Positions 1 through 7,406 are shown, counted from the first letter of the stretch. The stretch is 10,453 nucleotides of DNA from Arcobacteraceae bacterium (GCA_048268245.1 JBLWVX010000052.1:1-10453); one strand, 5' to 3'. Numbers and translations: made by a program. Notes: generated by a model not told the origin, from the letters alone.

Positions 1-77
1 TTAAAAATAGATTCTCACTTACTTCATAAATATTATCATCTACAATAGGTATAGTAATTGTTTTTGTAGTTTCACCT
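1..77. repeat. Exact 77-bp direct repeat, copy 2 (identical to 586-662)
   Basis: Base-by-base identity of 1-77 with 586-662. The offset is 585 bp (195 codons, in frame). The first mismatch is t78 vs g663. Confidence 0.97.
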
Positions 78-1441
78 TCTGTTACATCTGTATCTACACC
101 TTCTAATTTAACATTTACATTATCTTTATCATTTGGTTCTGGATCTGTTGGATTATATGGATCACTCTCATCTGTAATAAAAGATACACCAGAAGCAGTT
201 GTATTAGTAGTAGTTCCTGATACAACTGTAACTTTTAATGAAAATGTTTCCATTGGTTCTTTATATACATCATCATTTGTTTTTACTCTTACTTGAATAC
301 TATCTTGACCTGCTGGAATAGTAGCAGTAGTAGAGTCTACCCATTGCCCATTTATTAAAACTTCAGTTTTAGGTATATAATCATCTTGAGTTGCTGTTCC
401 ATCTTGAGTTTCTAAAGAAACTGTTATGTCTTCAAAACTTGAACCATTTAATTTAACATCAAAAATAGCATATTCACCCTCAATTACTTGACTTCCAGAA
501 ACACTAACAGTTGGAATATCTGTATCTAAAATCGTTCCTTCACCTTGAGAATCAACTATATTAGCATTTGTAGCATCTGTTATATTTAAAAATAGATTCT
601 CACTTACTTCATAAATATTATCATCTACAATAGGTATAGTAATTGTTTTTGTAGTTTCACCTGGTAAAAATATTATTGTTTCAGATGAAGCTAAATAATC
701 ACTTATCTCTTTTGCTGTTCCTTCTTGCGTTTGAACAGTAACTGAAACTGTGTTAGTTGAAGCTCTACTTAAACTAACTGTGAAAGTAATTACCCCATCA
801 TTTTCATTTGCTACTGCATCTGAAATTAAAATGTCTGGAAGATTTGGATCTTCTGCTGTATCAACAGGAGTAGAAGATATAGATTCTGATAAGTTTTCCC
901 ATCTATCACTTTCAGCAATACCTGCTAGCGAGTCATCAGTAGGATTTAAAATTGAATTAAAAGTTGAACCATCAGAAGTAGCCTCACCTGCATCTGGACC
1001 TGCTGCTGCTGCGTCAAGAGACTCAATTAAAGTTTGAAAGTCAGAAATTAATGCCAAATTATCAGAAGGTTCAGCATTAACACCTAAAGAAGCTAATTGC
1101 TCTAATCTATCTAGAATTTCACTTCCATTAAAAGCATTGTTGTCTAAGGTATCTTCTATTTGATTATTATCAACATTTTTATTGATAATTATTGCTGTTG
1201 GATTATCATTATTAACATTATCTTGTAATAATGGCACTATTCCATTTAACTCAACTTGATATGTTTTACCTTGTACATTAAATATTAAAAGAATTGATTC
1301 TTGATCATCTTTAAAATTTAATACATAATTTGTAAAACCATTAGAGAATACATATTGTTCTCCTTTATTTACATTAAATGACAAGTCTTTATTTAAGTCA
1401 ATCTCTTTTAATTGTGATCCAGTTTTTATTGTAAGTTTCAT
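1..1441 (-). CDS. Large T1SS-secreted adhesin (LapA/BapA-like) with Calx-beta/Ig-like repeats; 5' partial, 480 codons visible, runs off the left edge
   Basis: My translation from the ATG at 1441-1439 (RBS AAAGGA at 1453-1448) is open to the window edge: MKLTIKTGSQLKEIDLNKDLSFNVNKGEQYVFSNG...LIESLDAAAAGPDAGE...PDILISDAVANENDGVITFTVSLS...GTAKEISDY...IIFLPGETTKTITIPIVDDNIYEVSENLFL. Calx-beta signatures (GTA..DY, F.PGET.K.I.I.I.DD.I.E..E.F.L) occur at aa ~202-308 (838-518) and ~310-424 (514-170). There is no Sec signal peptide and the gene lies downstream of T1SS genes. The ORF track misses it because no stop codon lies in the window. Confidence 0.93.
   Translation of the reverse strand, partial: MKLTIKTGSQLKEIDLNKDLSFNVNKGEQYVFSNGFTNYVLNFKDDQESILLIFNVQGKTYQVELNGIVPLLQDNVNNDNPTAIIINKNVDNNQIEDTLDNNAFNGSEILDRLEQLASLGVNAEPSDNLALISDFQTLIESLDAAAAGPDAGEATSDGSTFNSILNPTDDSLAGIAESDRWENLSESISSTPVDTAEDPNLPDILISDAVANENDGVITFTVSLSRASTNTVSVTVQTQEGTAKEISDYLASSETIIFLPGETTKTITIPIVDDNIYEVSENLFLNITDATNANIVDSQGEGTILDTDIPTVSVSGSQVIEGEYAIFDVKLNGSSFEDITVSLETQDGTATQDDYIPKTEVLINGQWVDSTTATIPAGQDSIQVRVKTNDDVYKEPMETFSLKVTVVSGTTTNTTASGVSFITDESDPYNPTDPEPNDKDNVNVKLEGVDTDVTEGETTKTITIPIVDDNIYEVSENLFL
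586..662. repeat. Exact 77-bp direct repeat, copy 1 (encodes GETTKTITIPIVDDNIYEVSENLFL in Calx-beta domain 1)
   Basis: Identical to 1-77. Confidence 0.97.
998..1012 (-). other. Putative LapG-type cleavage motif (LD-AAAAG, aa 144-148 of the adhesin)
   Basis: GCA GCA GCA GCA GGT follows a helical segment (ISDFQTLIESLD) and precedes a Gly/Ser/acidic linker. This fits the [T/P/A]AAG di-alanine site of LapA/CdrA-type adhesins. Confidence 0.65.
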
Positions 1442-1470
1442 TTTTAATCCTTTACTTTCTACTTTTTATC

Positions 1471-1656
1471 TTATAAATCTACTATTATTTCTTCATTTAT
1501 AAATATTTTCACAAGGGAATTTTGTCCAGTTCCTTGATAAACATTATACGTATTACTATCAACTACTTGAGAGTTTTTTTGAATCCATTGAGAGTCAATG
1601 ATTTCTGAATTTTCATCAGAAATTAAAACATCTTCTAAATATAAATCGTAATTCAT
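1471..1656 (-). CDS. 61-aa acidic microprotein resembling the C-terminal domain of T1SS-secreted giant proteins
   Basis: ATG with an AAAGGG RBS upstream, co-oriented and 29 bp before the adhesin start. The sequence pattern L.LEDVL...W......VDSNTYNVYQG....VKIFI.EEI.V resembles BapA/RTX-adhesin C-termini (my pattern recognition, not a search). Confidence 0.75.
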   Translation of the reverse strand: MNYDLYLEDVLISDENSEIIDSQWIQKNSQVVDSNTYNVYQGTGQNSLVKIFINEEIIVDL

Positions 1657-1708
1657 TCTAGACCCTTTTTATAATATACTTATATACTATATAAAAAAAG
1701 TCTCTAAA

Positions 1709-1749
1709 AAGTTTTTTTGAAGTTTTTTTTGAAGTTTTTTTTGAAGTTT
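1709..1749. repeat. Short tandem repeat AAG-T7-G, AAG-T8-G, AAG-T8-G, AAG-TTT (11-12 bp period, ~3.5 copies)
   Basis: Read directly at 1709-1749, in the intergenic region between hlyD and the microprotein/adhesin genes. Confidence 0.9.
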
Positions 1750-1753
1750 AATA

Positions 1754-1774
1754 ATGAGAGATATTATCTCTCAT
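1754..1774. repeat. Perfect inverted repeat ATGAGAGATA-T-TATCTCTCAT overlapping the adaptor stop codon
   Basis: 10-bp arms at 1754-1763 and 1765-1774 with a 1-nt spacer. No U-tract follows directly on either strand. Confidence 0.85.
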
Positions 1775-3296
1775 GAAGTGAGTCTTGTTTTACTTTTAAA
1801 ATAGGTTTTAAAATGAAATCAAGTATAGTCTTTTTTCCTGTTACAATATCTACAGAAGCTACCATTCCTGGAATAATTGGAAGTTTTTTCCCTTTTCGCT
1901 CTAGATAGTTTTTATCAGTTTTTACAAGCACACGATAATAACTTTTATCTTCTTTTGAATCTTTATCTTGAATAGTATCTGCAGAAATTTCTATAATCTT
2001 TCCATCTAAACCACCATAAATAGAGAAATCATACGCAGTAATTTTTATTATAGCTTTTTGACTAGGATTAATAAATGCAATATCCTTTGGGTCAATCTTT
2101 GCTTCAACAACCAAGGCATCACTTAAAGGTACTATTTCTACTAAATCCATACCTGATTGAACTACACCACCAATCGTATTTAAATTCAACTGTTTAATAA
2201 TACCATCAACAGGTGATGAAATTATTGTTTTTTCAACCTTATCTTTATCTCCAACAAGCTTTGCTTCAAATCTATTTATTCTACTTATAGCTTCTTGTAA
2301 ACCTTTTGAAGCTTCGGCTTTAAAGGTATTTATTTTTTCATCAATTCTATTTCTTGCCTCTGATATTGCATATCTTGATCTAGAAATAGAAAGTTTTGCA
2401 GTTTCTAAATCACCTTTTGTTTGATTATACTCTTTTTCAATATCCAATAAATCAAATTTAGACTTTACTCCTCTAGCAACAAGTTTTTTAATAGTCTTTC
2501 TTTGTTGCTCGATAAAATCTAAACTTTTAGTTAATTTTTTAATTGTACTTTGAATTTCTAATAGTTCTTGCTTTTTTTGATTTACTTGGTTATCTAAAAC
2601 TTTTACAGATGATTTAAGTTCATTAACTCTATTTATAAGAAGTAGTTTTTCTGTTTTATCATATCTAGAAAAGTCATTTAAAACTTTTACATCAAATTCT
2701 AATTTTGGAATTTTCTTATCTAAATCTAGTTGAGATTCTATTTCAAGCCTAGCTTTTAATGCTAATAAAGAAAAATATTCTTGTTTACTCTCTTCTAAAC
2801 TTGCTTGAAATCTTGTAGTATCAATTCTCATTAAAGGGTCACCCTCTTTTACAGTCTGCCCTTCTTTTACTAAAATTTCAGAGATAATTCCTCCATCAAG
2901 AGATTGTACCCTTTGAATCTTATCCGTTGGTATTACTTTACCATTACCTCTTGCCAGTTCGTCTATTTGTGCTAAAGACGCCCATAATAAGAAAACAGAA
3001 AAAATTCCTATTATTGAAAAAGTAATAACCTTTGATCGAAGAGATGGTTTCTCATTTGCTAAAGAGTAAGTAGAGTAAACAAACTCTAAATCTTCTTCTC
3101 CAAAACCGTATATTTTTTTAATCCCTGAAAATAAACCTTTTCTCTTTTTTTTTGGCTTTGGTTCATTATTATAAGGGTCTTGATTTTTCGTTTCTTCATA
3201 AGCAGTTGAAGGTTCTGGCTTATCATTTCCAAGTATAGTTAAGTGTTCTAACACTTCATTTGATTCTGATGTTTTTTCTACTTCATTTTCTTTCAT
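1764..3296 (-). CDS. HlyD-family type I secretion periplasmic adaptor (LapC-like)
   Basis: Single TM helix (VITFSIIGIFSVFLLWA), then ARGNGKVIP..IQRVQSLDGGIISEILVKEGQ.V..GDPL, a long coiled coil, ISSPVDGII, VEAKIDPKDIAFI and IIPGMVASVDIVTGKKTILDFILKP. The start overlaps the ABC stop codon (TAATG at 3298-3294). Confidence 0.97.
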   Translation of the reverse strand: MKENEVEKTSESNEVLEHLTILGNDKPEPSTAYEETKNQDPYNNEPKPKKKRKGLFSGIKKIYGFGEEDLEFVYSTYSLANEKPSLRSKVITFSIIGIFSVFLLWASLAQIDELARGNGKVIPTDKIQRVQSLDGGIISEILVKEGQTVKEGDPLMRIDTTRFQASLEESKQEYFSLLALKARLEIESQLDLDKKIPKLEFDVKVLNDFSRYDKTEKLLLINRVNELKSSVKVLDNQVNQKKQELLEIQSTIKKLTKSLDFIEQQRKTIKKLVARGVKSKFDLLDIEKEYNQTKGDLETAKLSISRSRYAISEARNRIDEKINTFKAEASKGLQEAISRINRFEAKLVGDKDKVEKTIISSPVDGIIKQLNLNTIGGVVQSGMDLVEIVPLSDALVVEAKIDPKDIAFINPSQKAIIKITAYDFSIYGGLDGKIIEISADTIQDKDSKEDKSYYRVLVKTDKNYLERKGKKLPIIPGMVASVDIVTGKKTILDFILKPILKVKQDSLHER

Positions 3297-5458
3297 TATC
3301 TACTCGCTTTTGTAGTAAATACTTCATTTTTAGGTCCATCAACAACAACTTGTCCATTTTCAACAATAATAACTCTATCAACTAGTTCCAATAAAGATGT
3401 TTTATGAGTAACAACAACTAATGTTTTATCTTCAATTATTGTTTTTAACCTTCTAATAAATGATTTCTCAGATTGTCTATCCATTGAGTTTGTAGGCTCA
3501 TCAAGCATAATAATACTAGGGTCTGAAATCAAAGCTCTAGCAAGAGTAACAGATTGTCTCTCGCCTCCACTTAACCCCTCTCCTCTTTCTCCTACAAGTA
3601 AATCATATCCAGCTTCATGCTTACCTAAAAAGTCATCAAGTCCTGCAATTTTAGATACTCTTAATAACTCTTCATCTGACACATATTGTTCACCAATAGT
3701 TAGATTATCTTTAATTGTTCCCATAAATAAAAATGGTTCTTGAGGCACACAACCAATAGCATGTCTCAAATCTGTTGGGTCTACTTGTCTAGTATCTAAA
3801 CCATCAATTAAGACAGAACCCTTTGTAGGTTCATATAAGTTCATAATAAGCTTTAATAAAGTTGATTTTCCTGAACCTATTTTTCCTAAAATAGCAACTT
3901 TTTCACCCTCTTTAATAGTAATATTAATATCTTTTAAAGTTTGATGATTTTGATCTTTATATGCGAACTGTACATCTTTTAACTGAATATCTCCTCTTAA
4001 ATTAGGTCGACTAATATAAGTTTTATTCTCTTTTTCAACTGGCATATTCATAATCTCATCAAGATTATTTAAAGAAAGCATTGTTTTATCAAATTTTATA
4101 ATCATCCCTACAAGCTGAGAAACAGGAGCAATTACTCTTCCATTTAAAATCATTGCAGCAATAATTGCACCCATAGTTATTTGACCATCTTGAGCTAAAT
4201 AAACTCCCCCCGCAACAATTGCAATATTTGAAAACTGTGAAATAAAAGCAGTAAAATAAGTAATACTTTGAGATAAAAAATGTCCTTTATCTGCATAGTG
4301 CACTGTTTTATTAATTGATTGATCCCAATGTGTTTTCATTCTATTTTGAGCTTTTACACTTTTGATAATCTCTAAACCAGCAACTGTTTCTATTAGCGTT
4401 GTTTGCTTTATTTGCTCTTCTTTTACAGACTTTTCAATTAAAGCCTTTAAAGGTCTTTGTAGATACCATGAAAGAGTAATTGATATAAACACAGTTGCTA
4501 TTGTGATATAAGCTAAAGGACCTGCAATAAACATAATTACTAAAATAAATATTATAACAAAAGGTAAGTCTACAATTGCAGCAATTGTAGCACTTGTAAA
4601 AAACTCTCTAACACTTTCAAAGGATTGAAGTCTACTTACAAATTGTCCTGTAGAAGAGGGTTTTGCATCCATTTTGATATTTAATAAATGGGTAAATATC
4701 TTATTTGACATAATTGCGTCAGCTCTCTTACTTGCTATTCCTAAAAAGTGCGAACGCATAACTTTTAAAAGTAAATCAAAAATCATTACAAAAGATATAC
4801 CAATAAAAAGTGCCCAAAGAGTTTCTATTGCATTATTAGGAAGAACTCTATCGTAAACATTCATTGTAAAAAGTGGCGTAGCTAATATAAAAATATTTAT
4901 AAATAAAGATACAAGTATTACTTGCTTGTAAATATCTTTATTTCTAAGCATTGTTCCCCAAAACCACTCTTTTGGATTCTCAACAACTACTTCTTTTTCA
5001 ATTCTATTATTAAAATTATATTCAGGCTTTATAATAATTACATCACCAGTAAACTCTGACTCAAGTTTTTCAACTGTAATTTGAGTTTCACCAGTACTTA
5101 AACCTGGAATAATTACATTTGCCATGCCCTCTTCTAAATTATAATCTAAAAGAACACAAGCTCTATTTTTATCTAATATTAAAACAGAAGGTAATGCTAA
5201 TTTTGTAACATTTTCAATTCTTTCTCTTTTTACTGTTTTAGGTACAAGACCTATTCTTCTTGCAGCTTGATGAAACATAGAGATATTCATAGAAGTTTTA
5301 TGAATAGGCAAACCATAAGTTAGTGAGGCCTCAGAAGTCTCTCTTTTATGATATTTAGATAAGAAAAGTAGACAACCTAATAGGTCATCTACTTTTCTTC
5401 TATCTTTTAAATTTGATAAAGTTTCATTTCTGATCTCATTTGAATCATTATTTTCCAT
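3296..5458 (-). CDS. Type I secretion ABC permease/ATPase with N-terminal C39-like domain (LapB/LssB-like)
   Basis: N-terminal DDLLGCLLFL...LTYGLP C39-like domain; PLFTMNVYDRVLPN and TM helices; Walker A GKIGSGKST; signature LSGGERQ; Walker B IIMLDEPT; H-loop VTHK. RBS AAAAGG upstream. Confidence 0.97.
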   Translation of the reverse strand: MENNDSNEIRNETLSNLKDRRKVDDLLGCLLFLSKYHKRETSEASLTYGLPIHKTSMNISMFHQAARRIGLVPKTVKRERIENVTKLALPSVLILDKNRACVLLDYNLEEGMANVIIPGLSTGETQITVEKLESEFTGDVIIIKPEYNFNNRIEKEVVVENPKEWFWGTMLRNKDIYKQVILVSLFINIFILATPLFTMNVYDRVLPNNAIETLWALFIGISFVMIFDLLLKVMRSHFLGIASKRADAIMSNKIFTHLLNIKMDAKPSSTGQFVSRLQSFESVREFFTSATIAAIVDLPFVIIFILVIMFIAGPLAYITIATVFISITLSWYLQRPLKALIEKSVKEEQIKQTTLIETVAGLEIIKSVKAQNRMKTHWDQSINKTVHYADKGHFLSQSITYFTAFISQFSNIAIVAGGVYLAQDGQITMGAIIAAMILNGRVIAPVSQLVGMIIKFDKTMLSLNNLDEIMNMPVEKENKTYISRPNLRGDIQLKDVQFAYKDQNHQTLKDINITIKEGEKVAILGKIGSGKSTLLKLIMNLYEPTKGSVLIDGLDTRQVDPTDLRHAIGCVPQEPFLFMGTIKDNLTIGEQYVSDEELLRVSKIAGLDDFLGKHEAGYDLLVGERGEGLSGGERQSVTLARALISDPSIIMLDEPTNSMDRQSEKSFIRRLKTIIEDKTLVVVTHKTSLLELVDRVIIVENGQVVVDGPKNEVFTTKASR

Positions 5459-5475
5459 AATTACCTTTTAATCAA

Positions 5476-7284
5476 TTAATGGTACTTTTTATATAATTTT
5501 TGATGTTTACTTACATTATCAATATATGGTTTACCTTTTTTAACAGACTCAGGTAATGAAGATAATGCTGCTTTTGCTTCTTTTACTGAATTAAATATAC
5601 CATAAATTACCTTTGCACTTTTCATAGATGGTCCAAATTCATATGTATATGTTTTAGTAGAGTCAAGTCTATTAGTTGAAGCATATTCATTTGCTGCTTC
5701 AAGACCTCTTTTTGTAGCAATATTAATTGTAAATGTCTTTACATTTGCATTTAAAAGTTCTTCAATGGAACCATTTTGAACTATATTCTCTTTTTCAACT
5801 TCATCTTCACCTAATAAATTTTCAGTTAAATCAGTTGTATCTTCAGCAACTACTTCAACTTTTGCTTTTGACTCTTCATCCCCAAGTAATGCTGTTAACT
5901 CTTCTGAAACATTAAGCTTATTTTCTTTTATTTCATTTGTAATTGAAGTGTCTGCTACTTTTAGGTTAGCGCACTGACTAATATTTGAATTTAGTACACT
6001 TGGAACTAAAATAGATAAACTATTTAATAACTCAAAATAGTTTGAGTAAAGTTCATATTCTCTACTAACTAAACTTTTCTTTGCCTCATATAAATCTGTT
6101 TGTGCATTTAAAATATCTACAAAAGTTCTAGTTCCTGCTTCAAACTCACTTTTGTATACTTCTACAATATTTTCATTTGCAATAACGTATTTTTTTAGAA
6201 CTTCAATTCTTTTTTTATTTTTTTGGTATCTTTGATAAGTAACTTTTACAGTTTCAACTACTTTTTTAGTAATTGCATCTAATCTTTGTTTTTGTTCGGC
6301 TAAAAAAAGTTCTTCTTGTGTTGAAATAGCATAATCAGAACCACCATTATAAAGGTTCCACGCTAAATTTATTCTACCAAAAGCTTGATTTTCTACACCT
6401 TCTTCATTTAAACTTAAATCATTATCTGTAATTGCTTTTAACTCTAAGTTTAAGCTAGGTAAAAAACTAGCGTCTGCTTGAGCTATTTTCTCTCTTTGAG
6501 CTTTTACTCTTTCAATTTGTTCTAAAATTTCATAATTATTTAAAACTGCTTTTTCTACTAATTTTTGAAGAGAAGATGGGAAAACTGTTTCATCGATAAC
6601 TGGTCTACATTCATTTCCTTGCGGTTTTTCACCTATGTATCTTTTAAAAGTGCTTATTCTAGATGATTTTAAATCTTGTTCTTCTAAATATTTTTCTTTT
6701 ACAAAACTTAATTTTGAATCTACTTGGTAAGTTTCTAAAACTTCACCACTAATATCTTCTTTTTGTTTTGCAATTTCTAAGTTCTCTTCATTTGTAGTAA
6801 TCATATCTTTAGTTAAAGCTAGAAATTCTGTATATTGAACAAAACCTGTGTAAGCACCAACTGTTTCTAAAACAATATTTTCAATATTTCTATTTGTTCT
6901 ATACTTATTTGCTAAATCATTGTGTTTAGCTTCCCTTACTCTACTTGGAGTTAAATCACCATCATAAATCATCTGGTTTAGAGCAATTCCAAAATTATAT
7001 CCATCTTCTTGGTCAGAACCATTTTCATTATTGTTAGGTTGGTCATAATTTTTATCAGTATTAACTTTTTCAATTCTACCATCTATATCTATTCTAGGAT
7101 AGTAGTTTCCTTCCCTCTCATCTACATACTTTTTAAATGCTTCTTGATTTTTCTTTTCTGCTATAACTTCTGGATTCTGATTCAATACTTTCTGAACACT
7201 TTGTTTTAATGTATAGGCATTTAATAATGTTGCACTTGCTATTAATGACAAAGCCGAATATTTAATTGTCTTTAAAAGTTTCAT
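5476..7284 (-). CDS. TolC-family outer membrane T1SS channel (LapE/AggA-like) with acidic linker and C-terminal SPOR-like domain
   Basis: Signal peptide MKLLKTIKYSALSLIASATLLNA. Two OEP repeats (YYPRIDI..LNQMIYDG; FLPSLNL..WNLYNGG; FEAGTRTFVDILNAQ). The extra ~170 aa end in FTINIAT...VIYGIFNSVKEAKAALSSLPESVKKGKPY, which is DamX-type SPOR-like. Confidence 0.95.
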   Translation of the reverse strand: MKLLKTIKYSALSLIASATLLNAYTLKQSVQKVLNQNPEVIAEKKNQEAFKKYVDEREGNYYPRIDIDGRIEKVNTDKNYDQPNNNENGSDQEDGYNFGIALNQMIYDGDLTPSRVREAKHNDLANKYRTNRNIENIVLETVGAYTGFVQYTEFLALTKDMITTNEENLEIAKQKEDISGEVLETYQVDSKLSFVKEKYLEEQDLKSSRISTFKRYIGEKPQGNECRPVIDETVFPSSLQKLVEKAVLNNYEILEQIERVKAQREKIAQADASFLPSLNLELKAITDNDLSLNEEGVENQAFGRINLAWNLYNGGSDYAISTQEELFLAEQKQRLDAITKKVVETVKVTYQRYQKNKKRIEVLKKYVIANENIVEVYKSEFEAGTRTFVDILNAQTDLYEAKKSLVSREYELYSNYFELLNSLSILVPSVLNSNISQCANLKVADTSITNEIKENKLNVSEELTALLGDEESKAKVEVVAEDTTDLTENLLGEDEVEKENIVQNGSIEELLNANVKTFTINIATKRGLEAANEYASTNRLDSTKTYTYEFGPSMKSAKVIYGIFNSVKEAKAALSSLPESVKKGKPYIDNVSKHQKLYKKYH

Positions 7285-7334
7285 ATGATATTCCTAATAA
7301 TAATTTTCTTGTTACTTTATTTATATTACTCTTA

Positions 7335-7364
7335 ATTATACATTAAAAAACCTTGTATTATAAT
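7335..7364 (-). promoter_or_regulatory. Candidate sigma70 -10 boxes for the T1SS operon
   Basis: TATAAT on the minus strand at 7340-7335 and 7362-7357. The second is part of the palindrome ATTATAAT (7357-7364), which gives a -10 on both strands. AT-richness limits specificity. Confidence 0.45.
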
Positions 7365-7365
7365 T

Positions 7366-7401
7366 TTTTTTTCCACTTTTTTTAAAAAATGTGGAAAAAA
7401 A
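7366..7401. promoter_or_regulatory. 36-bp near-perfect palindrome (TTCCAC-N14-GTGGAA core) between divergent promoters; candidate operator
   Basis: TTTTTTTCCACTTTTTTT|AAAAAATGTGGAAAAAAA; 17 of 18 pairs match (mismatch 7377/7390). Confidence 0.6.
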
Positions 7402-7406
7402 TAATC

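Noticed and set aside
750..1037. 95-aa plus-strand ORF
   Set aside because: Antisense shadow of the adhesin CDS; no RBS or recognisable domain.
1..1441. Adhesin as a pseudogene or RTX toxin
   Set aside because: The frame is open to the edge, and no GGxGxD repeats or toxin domain occur in the visible part.
1709..1749. CRISPR array
   Set aside because: The units are 11-12 bp with no spacers, and there are no cas genes.
3145..3153. A9 run in the hlyD 5' region as a phase-variation tract
   Set aside because: In frame (PKKK) and such runs are common at this AT content; the known Campylobacter contingency tracts are mostly poly-G/C.
4674..4856. 60-aa plus-strand ORF
   Set aside because: Antisense to the ABC transporter; no supporting features.
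5000..5458. Active C39 peptidase (bacteriocin exporter) with the 61-aa ORF as a double-glycine precursor
   Set aside because: The Q..DCG catalytic motif is absent (LapB-type C39-like domain) and the small ORF has no GG leader.
5733..5915. 60-aa Leu/His/Gln-rich plus-strand ORF
   Set aside because: The composition is the expected antisense read of the Glu/Asp-rich TolC linker.
7009..7209. 66-aa hydrophobic plus-strand ORF
   Set aside because: Antisense to tolC; hydrophobicity follows from T-richness.
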